From the IMG/VR virus record IMGVR_UViG_3300033146_003479, positions 70,397 to 134,396 of that record: a stretch of DNA of 64,000 bases, one strand, 5' to 3'. Within the stretch, counting starts at the first letter, position 1, and every line of letters starts with the position of its first letter. Made by a program: the position numbers and the translations under genes. Shown here piece by piece: positions 8,838-19,287 of the stretch. A model generated the notes under the pieces. It made no database searches. It was not told the origin of the DNA and worked only from the letters and a program-made list of their open reading frames with translations. Source of the DNA: a virus.

Positions 8838-10550
8838 ATGAAACTGAAAGGATATAGAATTATGCATTTATTGAATACTGCGAGATATGATCGAAATGGT
8901 AAATTTTTACACGATTTTGATTCAAACTTTAAGGTGATGATGAAGACAGTTAGATTTTTACCAGAATGTCATCATTATATTGTGGTCCCAGATAGGAATA
9001 GGTTTACAGGCACAGAGGATTCAATTAGAAAAGAATTTCATTTGAATAGTTCCAACATAACATTCTTATATTATAACTATACTCACGGTAGTGCATCGAA
9101 CAAAGCAAGTTTTAGTGAGGAAGGTATGGATCACATGCTTAAAGACTTTGAAGTTGATTATGAAATTTCGCTTAATAATAAGCATTTAGATCGCAAGATA
9201 AGTAAACTATTAGATGTTCATAAAAATGCACTGGACGAGAAGGATTTTAATGATTTAGATGAACTTCGAAACTCTACTAAACATTTTGACGGAGTTAAAT
9301 TCAAAAGTATGATTAAGTTACACTCTATGGATTTTGATTTTGTATTTAATCATTTGCCTGAAAATCATTATAATGTTCTTTCGGTATTTGGCTCTAAGAA
9401 GTATGGTTTTTTAATTAATAGTTTTATATTTTATCATTGGGTAGATACTCCAGGTAGTAGATTGAATTATCAAATTTATCCTACATATATGAGACAATTA
9501 GAGGCTATTAATTTGTGTGATAAGGTATTTTTTCACACCACAGCAAGTTCAGAATATTTGAAATATAATTTCGATAAAGATCCTAATTGTACAGTTTCAT
9601 TAAATTTCGAAAATGTTCGCAAGAAAGAGAGTTATATGCCATTAGCCAGCGATGAGTTTCCAGAATCTGAAGCGTTTGATTTGCCAGTGTTTAAAAATAA
9701 TAATGGTGAAGAAAAGGATATAATATTATTTAATCATAGATGGAATACTACTACGGGCGTAGATCGAATGGAGCGATATATGGTTGGGTTAGAAGGTAGT
9801 TGTGAGATATGGTCAACTGATGTTAAAGTTAGTCCGTCAAAATATGTGAAGTCTGATAGATTGAGTTTAGGGCAATATAGATATTTAATTGAAAACACAT
9901 TATGCTCAATTTGCTTTGTTGATAGTTATGCTACTTGGAATTTGAGTCTTCAAGATGGATTGAGATTGAAAAAACCAGTATTAATTTATAAACATCCTAC
10001 ATTTGTTGCAATGCTTGGAGAACAATATCCATTTTTCTTTGAAACCAAAGAAGAGTTTCAATTGTTAATTGAGAAAGTTAAAAGTCTGCGAGATAGACCA
10101 TTTGAGTATCCTGTGCGAGATTTTGAGAGTGAATTTAAAACAAATATTCACAAAAGTATGATTGAATGTATTGAGACTCCGAAATATAAACAGGAAAGTA
10201 AAAATCTTAAAATGTGGCTATTTATCATATATCAGTTATGTAAGGAGAATGGGTATGCAACGAAAGATACTGTGTTGTTTTATGGTACGAAGTTTTTAAG
10301 TAAAGATTCAGGTACAGTTAAAGATATGCATTCTGAAAGTGCATCTTGGCAATTTGTTAGACGACAATTAATGGAATTTGGTATTACAGATGACCACACA
10401 TCTAAGCATACTAGATATACAATATCGAAAGATTTATTGCCAAGGGTGGAAACTGAAATTAAAGATATTAATTTCACAATGGATTTTAATGCATTAGTGA
10501 AAGCCAAGAAGGTTTCGAATAGTGTTAGTGTGATGAATCTCTTAAAATAG
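8838..10550 (+). CDS. putative GT-B fold glycosyltransferase with C-terminal extension
   Basis: ILFNHRW strand and TWNLSLQDGLRLKKPVL (GT1/GT4-like donor-binding segment); GGAG SD. Confidence 0.55.
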   Translation: MKLKGYRIMHLLNTARYDRNGKFLHDFDSNFKVMMKTVRFLPECHHYIVVPDRNRFTGTEDSIRKEFHLNSSNITFLYYNYTHGSASNKASFSEEGMDHMLKDFEVDYEISLNNKHLDRKISKLLDVHKNALDEKDFNDLDELRNSTKHFDGVKFKSMIKLHSMDFDFVFNHLPENHYNVLSVFGSKKYGFLINSFIFYHWVDTPGSRLNYQIYPTYMRQLEAINLCDKVFFHTTASSEYLKYNFDKDPNCTVSLNFENVRKKESYMPLASDEFPESEAFDLPVFKNNNGEEKDIILFNHRWNTTTGVDRMERYMVGLEGSCEIWSTDVKVSPSKYVKSDRLSLGQYRYLIENTLCSICFVDSYATWNLSLQDGLRLKKPVLIYKHPTFVAMLGEQYPFFFETKEEFQLLIEKVKSLRDRPFEYPVRDFESEFKTNIHKSMIECIETPKYKQESKNLKMWLFIIYQLCKENGYATKDTVLFYGTKFLSKDSGTVKDMHSESASWQFVRRQLMEFGITDDHTSKHTRYTISKDLLPRVETEIKDINFTMDFNALVKAKKVSNSVSVMNLLK

Positions 10551-10557
10551 ATATTAT

Positions 10558-10597
10558 TCTCCTAAAAATATAAATAATATTGAATATTTTTAGGAGA
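10558..10597 (+). promoter_or_regulatory. 14 bp perfect hairpin occluding an SD, with late promoter TATAAATA (10569-10576) inside it
   Basis: TCTCCTAAAAATAT (10558-10571) is the exact reverse complement of ATATTTTTAGGAGA (10584-10597). Confidence 0.8.
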
Positions 10598-10602
10598 TTT
10601 TT

Positions 10603-10866
10603 ATGAATATAATAAAAAGTAGATTGTCAGAGATTATTCGAGAAGAATTGGATATTGCCATTGAAAAAATTATCATAAGTCGAGTTCAAGAGAAATTAGG
10701 ACGACTTCGATCTGAGCCCGATACCTCAAAAAAATTGCAGGTAACAGAGAAAGTAATTAAGAACACCTCTGTTGAAATTTCAAAGTACATTAAGTTGAAA
10801 GGATTAAATGAGTCGTTTGTGAACTCATTGAGTGACCGAATACTAAAAGATAGAATTGGAGAATAA
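10603..10866 (+). CDS. small late protein (IIREE motif)
   Basis: AGGAG SD, late promoter upstream. Confidence 0.65.
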   Translation: MNIIKSRLSEIIREELDIAIEKIIISRVQEKLGRLRSEPDTSKKLQVTEKVIKNTSVEISKYIKLKGLNESFVNSLSDRILKDRIGE

Positions 10867-10867
10867 T

Positions 10868-11290
10868 ATGGCTAGTAAACTCACATCATATCTAATTAAA
10901 TATAAAACAAAGAAAATTAAACCGGGTGAGAGAATTATAAAGGCTAAGAATGCTGCCGATGCAATATCAAGATTGAAGCATGATGTTGAGGGATTAGTTA
11001 AAATTGAAGAGCCTAAGTTAGCATCACAACGAGATTTAGATTTACGACAAACCAAGAGCGATAAGGAAACTTTAACTCAAAATAGACCTAAAATCAAGAG
11101 AACCTTGGGAAAACCTGATACCGCAAAACGAAGTAAAGAAGAGCGAAAACCAGAAATTGCTAGTCCATTATCCGCATCAAATAGAGGATCTCAAATGAAT
11201 GCATCCAAGCAGTATGATTTAGACTCTATAGATTTAATGATTATGAGAGAGAGTTTGAAATCAATTTTTAAGGAAATCATTTCTGAATGA
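10868..11290 (+). CDS. basic hypothetical protein
   Basis: GGAG SD before ATG 10868. Confidence 0.6.
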   Translation: MASKLTSYLIKYKTKKIKPGERIIKAKNAADAISRLKHDVEGLVKIEEPKLASQRDLDLRQTKSDKETLTQNRPKIKRTLGKPDTAKRSKEERKPEIASPLSASNRGSQMNASKQYDLDSIDLMIMRESLKSIFKEIISE

Positions 11291-11349
11291 TTTTTTAGTT
11301 CAACTAAATAGTATTGTCAATTGAAAATTAAATTTTACGGAGATTAGTT

Positions 11350-11820
11350 ATGAAAAGAAAAGATTTGGTATCATTGTATCACGCATTAAACACTTTAACA
11401 GACTCTTACAGTACAAAATTTGCATATGCTGTGAGTAGAAACAAAAAGTCACTTGAGGAGGAAGTTAAAATATTAGAAGAGCACCAGCCAAAATTAAATG
11501 AAGAATTTGTCAATAAGAAAAATGAAGTAATTCAAAAATTTGCAGAAAAAGATTCTGATGGTAAAATAATTTGGGAAGATATTAATATTGGACTCCCAAA
11601 ATATAAAAAGGTCAATAAGAAAAAGGCTGAAACTGAGGTTGAAAAATTATCTATTGAGTATAGTGAAGATATTTCGACTTTTGATGCGAAAAGTAAGGAG
11701 TTCGTTGCATTTTTAGATGAAGATTATGAAATTGAACTATATAAGGTAGATATCGATAGTTTCCCTGAAACTATCGATCAAAAAGTGATGGATATTATTG
11801 GTGAGGCAATGATTAAGTAA
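11350..11820 (+). CDS. helical protein, possible fibre assembly chaperone
   Basis: GGAG SD; KFAYAVSRNKK pattern typical of small genes beside phage fibres; convergent 8 nt overlap with fibre gene. Confidence 0.5.
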   Translation: MKRKDLVSLYHALNTLTDSYSTKFAYAVSRNKKSLEEEVKILEEHQPKLNEEFVNKKNEVIQKFAEKDSDGKIIWEDINIGLPKYKKVNKKKAETEVEKLSIEYSEDISTFDAKSKEFVAFLDEDYEIELYKVDIDSFPETIDQKVMDIIGEAMIK

Positions 11821-14626
11821 GTTTACTTTTTAATTCGTCAATCTCTTTCTTTAAGTTCTGCATTTCACTTATCATCGGAGCAATCAACTGAATATAATCT
11901 ATAGCATCGGGTATCATTTCAAATTCAGACCTATTTTGAGAGTATTTCTTTTTAGTTTCTTTAAGTAGACGAGTTTTCTCTTTACTCGAAGGTAAATTCT
12001 GAATTTCATGAATTGCCTTTGGGATATATGTTACTGCTGTCGTATTTATTTTGTCTAATTCTTCTGCAATTAAACCGAATTCCAAATTATTCTCGCTAGT
12101 ACCTATTCTATTATATACAACTGGAGTTAGTTCGTATATCCAATCACTTTTTTCTATTGTTTTAATGTTAGTTTTATATCTTTTAGATGATGTATGTCTA
12201 TATAATAGATTTTCTTCATTCACATAAACTGGTCCGAAGCCTATTATAGGATAGTCGTCTGGAGTATTTGGCTGACAATCGCTACCATCTGCGACATTGT
12301 ATATATTTCCAATAAAGCATCTATGAGAAGATGGAGTAGTAGATGTGGTACCAATAACTATGCAATCATTAACAGCCCCTCCAGTAGAATAAATATCTGC
12401 ATTTTGTCCGATGATGATGTTGTCATCTCCACTAGTTACTACTTGTCCCGCTAGGTGTCCAATAATTGTATTATCATATCCCGAAGATATATGATCTCCC
12501 GCATTTCTGCCAATACATATGTTACCGTGACCAGTAGTATACCTTTGTCCAGAGTATGCTCCAAAACTAATATTATTATCGCCTGTGTTGGACCCATTTA
12601 CACCTATTCCTGCACTATATCCCATCGCAACATTATAATCTCCAGTAGTATATCTATTAGCATAATTCCCGATTGCAACATTATAATCTCCAGTCGTTGT
12701 CAATGATAGTGATGAATATCCAATTGCAACATTGCTACCTCCAGACGTTATCAATGCTAGTGATGAACGACCAAGAGCAGTATTGTTATTTCCAGATGTT
12801 ATATTCAGTCCACTTTGATAGCCAATAAATGAATTACCACTTCCAGTTGAATTTCCATCACTTCCTCGTCCCGCATTATAACCATTTGTAACGTTATATG
12901 ATGATGTAATATAACGTCCTGCATTATATCCTATTGCAACATTGTAATTTTGCGTAGAGACACTTGCTTGAGCGTATGATCCAATTGCAACATTGCTACC
13001 TCCAGTCGTTATTGATGATAGTGATACTCTGCCAAGAGCAGTATTGTTGCTCCCAGATGTTATATTCAGTCCACTTTGATAGCCAACAAATGAATTGCTA
13101 CTTCCAGTTGAATCTCCATCACTTCCTCGTCCACTTTCATATCCTATAGTAACGTTAGATGCAGATATAATATAACGTCCTGCACTATATCCTATAGCAA
13201 CATTGTTACTATGCGTAGAGTTGCTCGATTGAGCATAATAGCCTATTGCAACATTGCTACCTCCAGTTGTTATTGATAATAGTGATAATCGACCAAGAGC
13301 AGTATTGTTGCTCCCAGATGTTATATTCAGTCCACTTTGATAGCCAATAAATGAATTACCACTTCCAGTTGAATCTCCATCACTTCCTCGTCCCGCATTA
13401 TATCCTATAGTAACGTTAGATGATGATGTAATATACTGTCCTGCATTATATCCTATCGCAACATTGTAGTACTGTGTAGAGACACTTGCTTGAGCGTATG
13501 ATCCAATTGCAACATTGTTACCTCCAGTCGTTATTGATGATAGTGATGAATATCCAAGAGCAGCATTGTTGCTTCCAGATGTTATAGTTAGTCCACTTTG
13601 ATAGCCAACAAATGAATTTCTAGTTCCAGATGTTATATTCAGTCCACTTTGATAGCCAACAAATGAATTGCTACTTCCAGTTGAATCTCCATCACTTCCT
13701 CGTCCACTTTGATATCCTATTGTAACATTAGATGATGATGTAATGTAACGTCCTGCATTATATCCTATCGCAACATTGTTACTATGCGTAGAGACACTCG
13801 ATTGAGCATAATAGCCTATTGCAACATTGCTATCTCCAGTTGTTATTGATGATAGTGATGAATATCCAAGAGTAGAATTGTTATTTCCAGATGTTATAGT
13901 TAGTCCACTTTGATAGCCAACAAATGAATTGCTACTTCCAATTGAATTTCCATCACTTCCTCGTCCCGCATTATATCCTATAGTAACGTTAGATGATGAT
14001 GTAGTATACTGTCCTGCATTATATCCTATCGCAACATTACTACTATGTATTCTGTTACTCGCTTGAGCATAATATCCAATTGCAACATTACGAGTCCCAG
14101 TTGTTATTGATGATAGTGATGAATATCCAATTGCAACATTATGAGTCCCAGTCGTTATTGATAATAGTGATGAATATCCAAGAGCAGTATTGTAATTGCT
14201 ACCACTTTCGATATTGGCTCCTGATTGGTATCCTATCAAAGTATTTCCAGATCCAAGAGTTGCTTCAAATTCCAATCGATTTCCTTCCCAAGAAATTCCT
14301 GAATTTTCTATCACATTAGTTCCTGAAAAAATAGCAAGTTGATTATCGACCCCTGCTCCAGTAATATTATTCATTATCACATCTTCCTTAAGTGCTAATG
14401 CATCAGTTATATATCCTTGAGTGCATAACGTGTCGTTATTGTTTGTTCCAGATGCTATATTCGAAATTAGTTGACTATCCAGATTGAGAGAGTCTCGAAT
14501 ATGTAGTTCGTGAAAAAATGCTTTATCCCACTGATTAGTGTTGTCTCCTAACGTTAGATTTCCTGTAGATGGGAATATATTCCCATCTGATATTAATCCA
14601 TGTTTAACTTTAAATTCATTTGCCAT
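11813..14626 (-). CDS. tail fibre/spike with NVAIGY beta-roll repeats and C-terminal intramolecular chaperone (peptidase S74-like)
   Basis: Gly/Ser/Asn repeats; TSSKRYKTNI..GLIAEEL..DYIQLIAPMISEMQ coiled-coil chaperone signature. Confidence 0.85.
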   Translation of the reverse strand: MANEFKVKHGLISDGNIFPSTGNLTLGDNTNQWDKAFFHELHIRDSLNLDSQLISNIASGTNNNDTLCTQGYITDALALKEDVIMNNITGAGVDNQLAIFSGTNVIENSGISWEGNRLEFEATLGSGNTLIGYQSGANIESGSNYNTALGYSSLLSITTGTHNVAIGYSSLSSITTGTRNVAIGYYAQASNRIHSSNVAIGYNAGQYTTSSSNVTIGYNAGRGSDGNSIGSSNSFVGYQSGLTITSGNNNSTLGYSSLSSITTGDSNVAIGYYAQSSVSTHSNNVAIGYNAGRYITSSSNVTIGYQSGRGSDGDSTGSSNSFVGYQSGLNITSGTRNSFVGYQSGLTITSGSNNAALGYSSLSSITTGGNNVAIGSYAQASVSTQYYNVAIGYNAGQYITSSSNVTIGYNAGRGSDGDSTGSGNSFIGYQSGLNITSGSNNTALGRLSLLSITTGGSNVAIGYYAQSSNSTHSNNVAIGYSAGRYIISASNVTIGYESGRGSDGDSTGSSNSFVGYQSGLNITSGSNNTALGRVSLSSITTGGSNVAIGSYAQASVSTQNYNVAIGYNAGRYITSSYNVTNGYNAGRGSDGNSTGSGNSFIGYQSGLNITSGNNNTALGRSSLALITSGGSNVAIGYSSLSLTTTGDYNVAIGNYANRYTTGDYNVAMGYSAGIGVNGSNTGDNNISFGAYSGQRYTTGHGNICIGRNAGDHISSGYDNTIIGHLAGQVVTSGDDNIIIGQNADIYSTGGAVNDCIVIGTTSTTPSSHRCFIGNIYNVADGSDCQPNTPDDYPIIGFGPVYVNEENLLYRHTSSKRYKTNIKTIEKSDWIYELTPVVYNRIGTSENNLEFGLIAEELDKINTTAVTYIPKAIHEIQNLPSSKEKTRLLKETKKKYSQNRSEFEMIPDAIDYIQLIAPMISEMQNLKKEIDELKSKLT
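12785..14140 (-). repeat. five 261 bp (87 aa) higher-order coding repeats plus one extra 51 bp subunit
   Basis: CACTTCCTCGTCC recurs at 12859, 13120, 13381, 13693, 13954 (spacings 261, 261, 312, 261). Confidence 0.9.
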
Positions 14627-14788
14627 ATTTTTCTCCTGATATAGAAGACACGAAGAGATTCAACATCACACGCTTCATTGTCCACATGTTAATTTACAAA
14701 ATTGTCTAATATTATTTATCATTTTTATGGATGATAATATCCCTGAAAACATAAATAAAAATAGTAATAAACACAATGAGGATATATA

Positions 14789-15874
14789 ATGAAAGTTGTT
14801 GAATATAATTTAAAAGAGTTTGAATTAATTGAAGAATTCGAAAATGTTGATATTGCTTTGCGAATAAATAGTGCAATTGTAGATGAACGTGAAAATATTA
14901 TTTTTTATTCACACATTTGTTCTGAATATTTGGAAATTTTTGCGGGAAAAGGTAATGTGAGTATAAGTTTCAAAGAAGAGTTGATTTTATCAATGAAAAT
15001 GAATGATCAGAATATCCCAAAGAACATTCGAATATCTAATATGATATCTTCTCCTCCATCTCAAATGAATCCATTGAATAATCATAGTGAGGAATATTAT
15101 GTTGATATTCTTTATCAAAAAAAGAAATTATTTGAGGAATCTCAAGGTATGAGTCCGGATTTAGTTTCCATAATGACAGAGGAGATCAAGAAGGGAAATC
15201 CAAAAGCGTTGTTGAATAATCAATGGTGTAGATCGTTGAATGGCACATTATATAAGAAACTTCAACAAATAAAAAATGGTGAAAATTTTGATTACGATTT
15301 TTCAAATGTAGGTACGTTGCCATATAGTGCAATTGAGATTATGAATTTGAATGAGCAAAATGAAAATATTAATCATATCATAATAGTCGAAGTGTTTTAT
15401 GACCCGGAAGGTAAAGATGATAATCGAGAATGGCTAATTCTTTATAATCCGACGGATGATGATATTGACATTTGTGGTTGGGAAATTCAAGTTGCTGGGT
15501 CATATTTTAAACCATCAGTTACTATTGGTGATGCAATTATAAAATCAAAATCGCATTTTATAATTGGAGGTTCATTAATTGATTCGCATGTGGATTTAGA
15601 GTGTGGGCTTTCTATGCAAAATGGAGGAACATGTACGGATGGAGTTAGAATAGTTAATTCCAATGGAATTGTTCAAGATACTGTTCTATACAATCTAAAT
15701 AATAGTAATGCTTTGGCTGATGATGCCAAAACTCCAGCGATAAGTTTTGCTCCAGACGTAAATTCTGGACAATCGTTGTTGCGACGAACTATTGAAGGTC
15801 GTTATGTTGATAGTAATGAGTCGGCGAAAGACTTTCAAGTTAATGAAACTCCTGATATTTCAAAATATCAGTAA
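14789..15874 (+). CDS. virion-associated protein with C-terminal lamin-tail (LTD) domain
   Basis: IIIVEVFYDPEG..EWLILYNPT..IDICGWEI; late promoter CATAAATA at 14750. Confidence 0.7.
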   Translation: MKVVEYNLKEFELIEEFENVDIALRINSAIVDERENIIFYSHICSEYLEIFAGKGNVSISFKEELILSMKMNDQNIPKNIRISNMISSPPSQMNPLNNHSEEYYVDILYQKKKLFEESQGMSPDLVSIMTEEIKKGNPKALLNNQWCRSLNGTLYKKLQQIKNGENFDYDFSNVGTLPYSAIEIMNLNEQNENINHIIIVEVFYDPEGKDDNREWLILYNPTDDDIDICGWEIQVAGSYFKPSVTIGDAIIKSKSHFIIGGSLIDSHVDLECGLSMQNGGTCTDGVRIVNSNGIVQDTVLYNLNNSNALADDAKTPAISFAPDVNSGQSLLRRTIEGRYVDSNESAKDFQVNETPDISKYQ

Positions 15875-15887
15875 TTGAGAGATAAAT

Positions 15888-18800
15888 ATGGCTAAATTAT
15901 CGAACACTACAATATTAGATGTTGTTGGAAAACAAGGATTAGGGGTCTCATCTACTAATAATGATAAAAATTATTTTGAGGAATCGTATGAATGGAGACC
16001 TCAGTTAACTATAGATGATATTTTTGGTGAAATCGTTCCCATTGCGAATAATCCAACTGAAGCCGATGTAAATGTTGCCAATAATCCAACTATTATCGAA
16101 AAGATAGTTGATTATCAGATGACAGAAATTCCGGCTAGCAATGGACAAGGATACGGAGTATTTTCTATCCCTGGTGATACCAATTCTTCACGACTCAAAG
16201 ACTTTTTGACTCCGCAAAAATTTGGAAACGGATATGCTTGTATAATCAAAAACAACACTTCAGTGATAGATTTATCGATGGGACAATTTACTGTCGATTA
16301 TGCAAACGGTATTATTAGATTTGATGTCGCTAGTGTTCCATCAACAATGGGCTGGACTTCATTGAATATTACTATATATAGATATGTTGGAGCGAAGGTT
16401 GAAGGAGGAACAAGTTCTAGTTCAGGTTTCGAAATGACATTTGTCGATGCAGATTTAACTGCGGGCATTTTAACAGTACCTCACAACTTAAATTCCACCA
16501 ATAATGTTGTTCATATAACTATTCGAGATGATAATAATGATGTTGTTGTGCCCGATAATGTGGAATTCGTGAACTCTAATAGTTCAGTTATTGATTTTAG
16601 TTCGTATTCTCCAATATCTAATACTTGGGCATTGACGGTTGGGATTGGAGGTTCGGGAACTGGAGAAGCAAGTGAAGTGACAGTTGATCCACTTCAGGTT
16701 GCAGGAAACACAGTTGATGCATTAACGGGAAGTTATACTTGGCTCAATCAGCAGATATCGGGGTTGCCGGATCCACATAATATATCATTACACAACATTG
16801 TAAATATATCATATATGGTACCATCTCAACTATGGATAAACACAGAATTAACATCGAATGGTTCGACAAATTATATATTAATTCCAATATCAGGTAATAC
16901 CTCAGAATATATAGTGGCAGGACAACATTTGATAGTAACTGGAGGGATTGCGAATGGAAATGAATATGTTATTGATGGTCAAATTGTATTGGATGGAGCC
17001 GCTATTCCCACATATCACTTAGTCGAAGTTCAATTAGTTTCAGGTTCAGCGATAAGTTTTCCCACATATCCCACCACGGATAGTCCAACTTCTATAGATA
17101 GACCTGGGGGAGCACAACTGATATCTGTTGAATCTCAAGTTACTTCTGTTTCTGTAACATCCATTGGAATAATAAATTCCACGAGTGTTGCTAAGTCAAT
17201 ATCTAACATTGATATTTATTCAACTCATTTCATTCAAAATGGATACTTAGGGATTAATAAAAATGATCCTAAATATCCATTAGATGTTGATGGAGTTATT
17301 AATGCAGATGAAGTCATTTCGAATTCATCCTTGAATAAATTTAATATTGATTCAAATAGTGTTGATCTTATTGAAAATGATTTAGTATTTTTCGGAAAGA
17401 GTCCTAATAACAACTTAATGTTATCTAGTTCATTCGTTAAATCATATGATGAGGATTCTGAAGGAGTAAACGATAATATAGTTACAGGGAATCCCGATAT
17501 GACTATTGCTCCATATGGATTAGATTGTTTTGTTACATTAGTTAGTGGAGGAACAAATTATCAGTTAGAGTCATATACTATAGATTCAAATGGAGTAACA
17601 CTGGGGTCAATATATGATTTAGGAGTTTCATTTCCTAATACGACTCAGTTATTTCCAATAAAGGCTACACATCAAACTCAAAGTGTCGAATCTCTTGATC
17701 ATGTTGTTGGTTTATTTAGAAGTGATGTGACAACAAACACATATCATACTGGATATTATGATGTTAGTTCTAGTGTTGGTTGGAATATTACTCCTATAAT
17801 ATCATTTAGAGATACTACTCATTCTATTCCATCAACATATAGATTTAAACGAATGATTTCGATTAAAACTAATGTTGGCAATGATTATGATCGATATTAC
17901 GCAGTTTTAATGCAAGATGGTGGAGATGAATATTATATTCAAATGATAAAACTAGATATTGAATCTCAAGTTGAAACTATTGGTTCAATGAGAGTTTTGC
18001 CGTCTGGAGTAAATTATTCTGATAGTGAGATTTTTGCTCATTATCGAGAAAATTCCGGAGATGTGATTTTATTTTATGAGAACTCTGTGGGAGATTTTAT
18101 AATTTGTTCAGCATCATGTGATTCTAGTGATATGAATGTTGAAGAATTCACAATATATAATATCATGAATTTAGATAAAGGTAGATTGCTATATGTAGAA
18201 TGCTTTGATACTTATATTGGGACTAATTCATTTAACTTTAAAGCGATAGTTCATCATACTGGCAGTTTCACTATTCACGAATCGAGTTTCAAGAGTGGTG
18301 TTAGAAATATTGAATCTTATGTTCTAAAGGATAATGATTTAGAAGTTCACGGAGTGCATACATTTGTTATGAAACAGATGGGACTCAGTAGTCGAATAGT
18401 AGCGTTTGGACATCATACTGATACTTCGGTAGTTGTTATTGACTTGCTCGATAAAACAATGAAGAGCATTAAGGGCTCCACTGTAACCTGGGATTTTATT
18501 GGACTAGAATCTGCAAGATTGAGAATGGTCCCATTAAGCGATAGATTATCACACTTAGAATATGCAGATCGATTTAAGACATTAAAGTTTTTTAATTCTG
18601 AAGTTGGAATTTTAAAGGAAGTTAAAGATGATGTGGCGTATGTGATGATGAATGGAGTATATTATAGTGAAAGTAATAGATTTAATGTGGGAGATAATGT
18701 AGCATTAGGATCTATAGATTTAGGTGCAACGAGCGATTTGGGATTTTCAACGAATACTTCTTGTGGTATAAATTTAGGATCCATTATTGCTCCAAACACA

Positions 18801-19277
18801 TTATATTTTAACCCTCAATTAAATGTAACTCCCGGACACGTTATTGCTGAATCAGAGTCTCGAATCGAGTATTCTTATGTGTATGTTAATGGAGCAACAA
18901 CTGCGTTTACATCGGGAGGATCTACAACGTGTAATTGGGGAACTCCGATTGAAGATGAATTAGGTGAGATGAGTAGCGATAGATTCACAGCAACATCGGC
19001 TGGATTGTATACCTTTTCATTTAATGTGACTACTGGATATCAATCTTGGAATGTTAATGAGGGTATCGTATTAATATTAAATAAAAATGGATCTCCACTT
19101 CAGCGAATGGATCGAACTAGATTAGGTGCCGCAGTGAGTGAGAATATATACACTCAAGGTAATATAACGCTGAAACTAAATGCTAATGATTTTATTCAGT
19201 TAAGTGTGTATGGTGATAATGTTGCGAGTTCTATGGATCCAACTCGTACCTTTTTGACAGTGATTCGAATAAGATAG
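15888..19277 (+). CDS. large fibre-like structural protein (MAKL N-domain, C-terminal C1q-like domain)
   Basis: N-domain shared with 3 paralogues; FTATSAGLYTFSF..LKLNANDFIQL C1q-like pattern. Confidence 0.7.
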   Translation: MAKLSNTTILDVVGKQGLGVSSTNNDKNYFEESYEWRPQLTIDDIFGEIVPIANNPTEADVNVANNPTIIEKIVDYQMTEIPASNGQGYGVFSIPGDTNSSRLKDFLTPQKFGNGYACIIKNNTSVIDLSMGQFTVDYANGIIRFDVASVPSTMGWTSLNITIYRYVGAKVEGGTSSSSGFEMTFVDADLTAGILTVPHNLNSTNNVVHITIRDDNNDVVVPDNVEFVNSNSSVIDFSSYSPISNTWALTVGIGGSGTGEASEVTVDPLQVAGNTVDALTGSYTWLNQQISGLPDPHNISLHNIVNISYMVPSQLWINTELTSNGSTNYILIPISGNTSEYIVAGQHLIVTGGIANGNEYVIDGQIVLDGAAIPTYHLVEVQLVSGSAISFPTYPTTDSPTSIDRPGGAQLISVESQVTSVSVTSIGIINSTSVAKSISNIDIYSTHFIQNGYLGINKNDPKYPLDVDGVINADEVISNSSLNKFNIDSNSVDLIENDLVFFGKSPNNNLMLSSSFVKSYDEDSEGVNDNIVTGNPDMTIAPYGLDCFVTLVSGGTNYQLESYTIDSNGVTLGSIYDLGVSFPNTTQLFPIKATHQTQSVESLDHVVGLFRSDVTTNTYHTGYYDVSSSVGWNITPIISFRDTTHSIPSTYRFKRMISIKTNVGNDYDRYYAVLMQDGGDEYYIQMIKLDIESQVETIGSMRVLPSGVNYSDSEIFAHYRENSGDVILFYENSVGDFIICSASCDSSDMNVEEFTIYNIMNLDKGRLLYVECFDTYIGTNSFNFKAIVHHTGSFTIHESSFKSGVRNIESYVLKDNDLEVHGVHTFVMKQMGLSSRIVAFGHHTDTSVVVIDLLDKTMKSIKGSTVTWDFIGLESARLRMVPLSDRLSHLEYADRFKTLKFFNSEVGILKEVKDDVAYVMMNGVYYSESNRFNVGDNVALGSIDLGATSDLGFSTNTSCGINLGSIIAPNTLYFNPQLNVTPGHVIAESESRIEYSYVYVNGATTAFTSGGSTTCNWGTPIEDELGEMSSDRFTATSAGLYTFSFNVTTGYQSWNVNEGIVLILNKNGSPLQRMDRTRLGAAVSENIYTQGNITLKLNANDFIQLSVYGDNVASSMDPTRTFLTVIRIR

Positions 19278-19287
19278 GAGAAATAAC

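Noticed and set aside
11813-14788. Minus-strand fibre gene as an invertible cassette
   Set aside because: No convincing inverted repeat found by eye at its flanks (best about 6 bp) and no invertase visible
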